Part shown: positions 63,781-64,000 of the stretch, piece by piece
How positions within the stretch are numbered: the first letter of the stretch is position 1
Layout: each line of letters starts with the position of its first letter
DNA from: Diadema antillarum
Taxonomy: Eukaryota
Direction of reading: 5' to 3'
Assembly: GCF_040938485.1 (NCBI RefSeq)
Contig: NW_027270916.1
Coordinates: 496,001 to 560,000, forward strand
DNA: 64,000 nucleotides
The notes under the pieces: model-generated
What the model saw: only the letters and a program-made list of their open reading frames with translations
What the model was told of the DNA's origin: nothing
Databases searched by the model: none
Made by a program: the position numbers and the translations under genes

Positions 63781-64000
63781 CTTCTTCTTGCTTATGAGGC
63801 AGCAGCAGCTAAGTAATGTCCCTCAATTGTTGTAGCCAAGTTACAGTCTGTGGAGTAGGGTGTGTCAGGTCCATGTTGTCAGGAGGGCGGAGATCAGGGC
63901 ACTCACTCAAGATGTGTTGAGCAGTTTGTTCTGGTGCACCACACTGGCAAGCTGCTGACGGGCGTAGCCCCCCAACGATGCATGGCTGCATTGAAACGCC
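63781..64000 (-). mobile_element. 3' end of a non-LTR retrotransposon (C-terminal CCHC motif, AAG tail); runs off the window
   Basis: CQCGAPEQTAQHILSECP motif, stop at 63809, then a short 3' UTR ending AAGCAAGAAGAAG. Confidence 0.8.

Overview
Animal genomic DNA: AT-rich, intron-rich, with two N-gaps. The proteins and repeat types suggest a marine invertebrate, probably an echinoderm (inferred, not proven). The window holds four things. (1) The last five coding exons of a neurexin on the + strand (LNS6 domain, stalk, TM, C-terminal KEWYV), followed by a long putative 3' UTR. (2) Two tandem TMEM35/NACHO-like (DoxX-family) genes on the - strand, each with an intronless CDS ending in KxKxx. (3) A complete five-coding-exon MKKS/BBS6 gene on the - strand (657 aa from my exon joins). 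It is preceded by two separate exons that each encode a small single-TM protein resembling the human MKKS uORF products uMKKS1 and uMKKS2, and a splice-created MQAK mini-uORF overlaps the MKKS start. (4) A 14 kb inverted-repeat structure just upstream of that transcription unit, containing nested DNA transposons. The rest is MITEs, a Helentron-type element, a tRNA-derived SINE, LINE fragments and mini/microsatellites. Human reference sequences quoted here are recalled from memory and need alignment to confirm; no searches were run.
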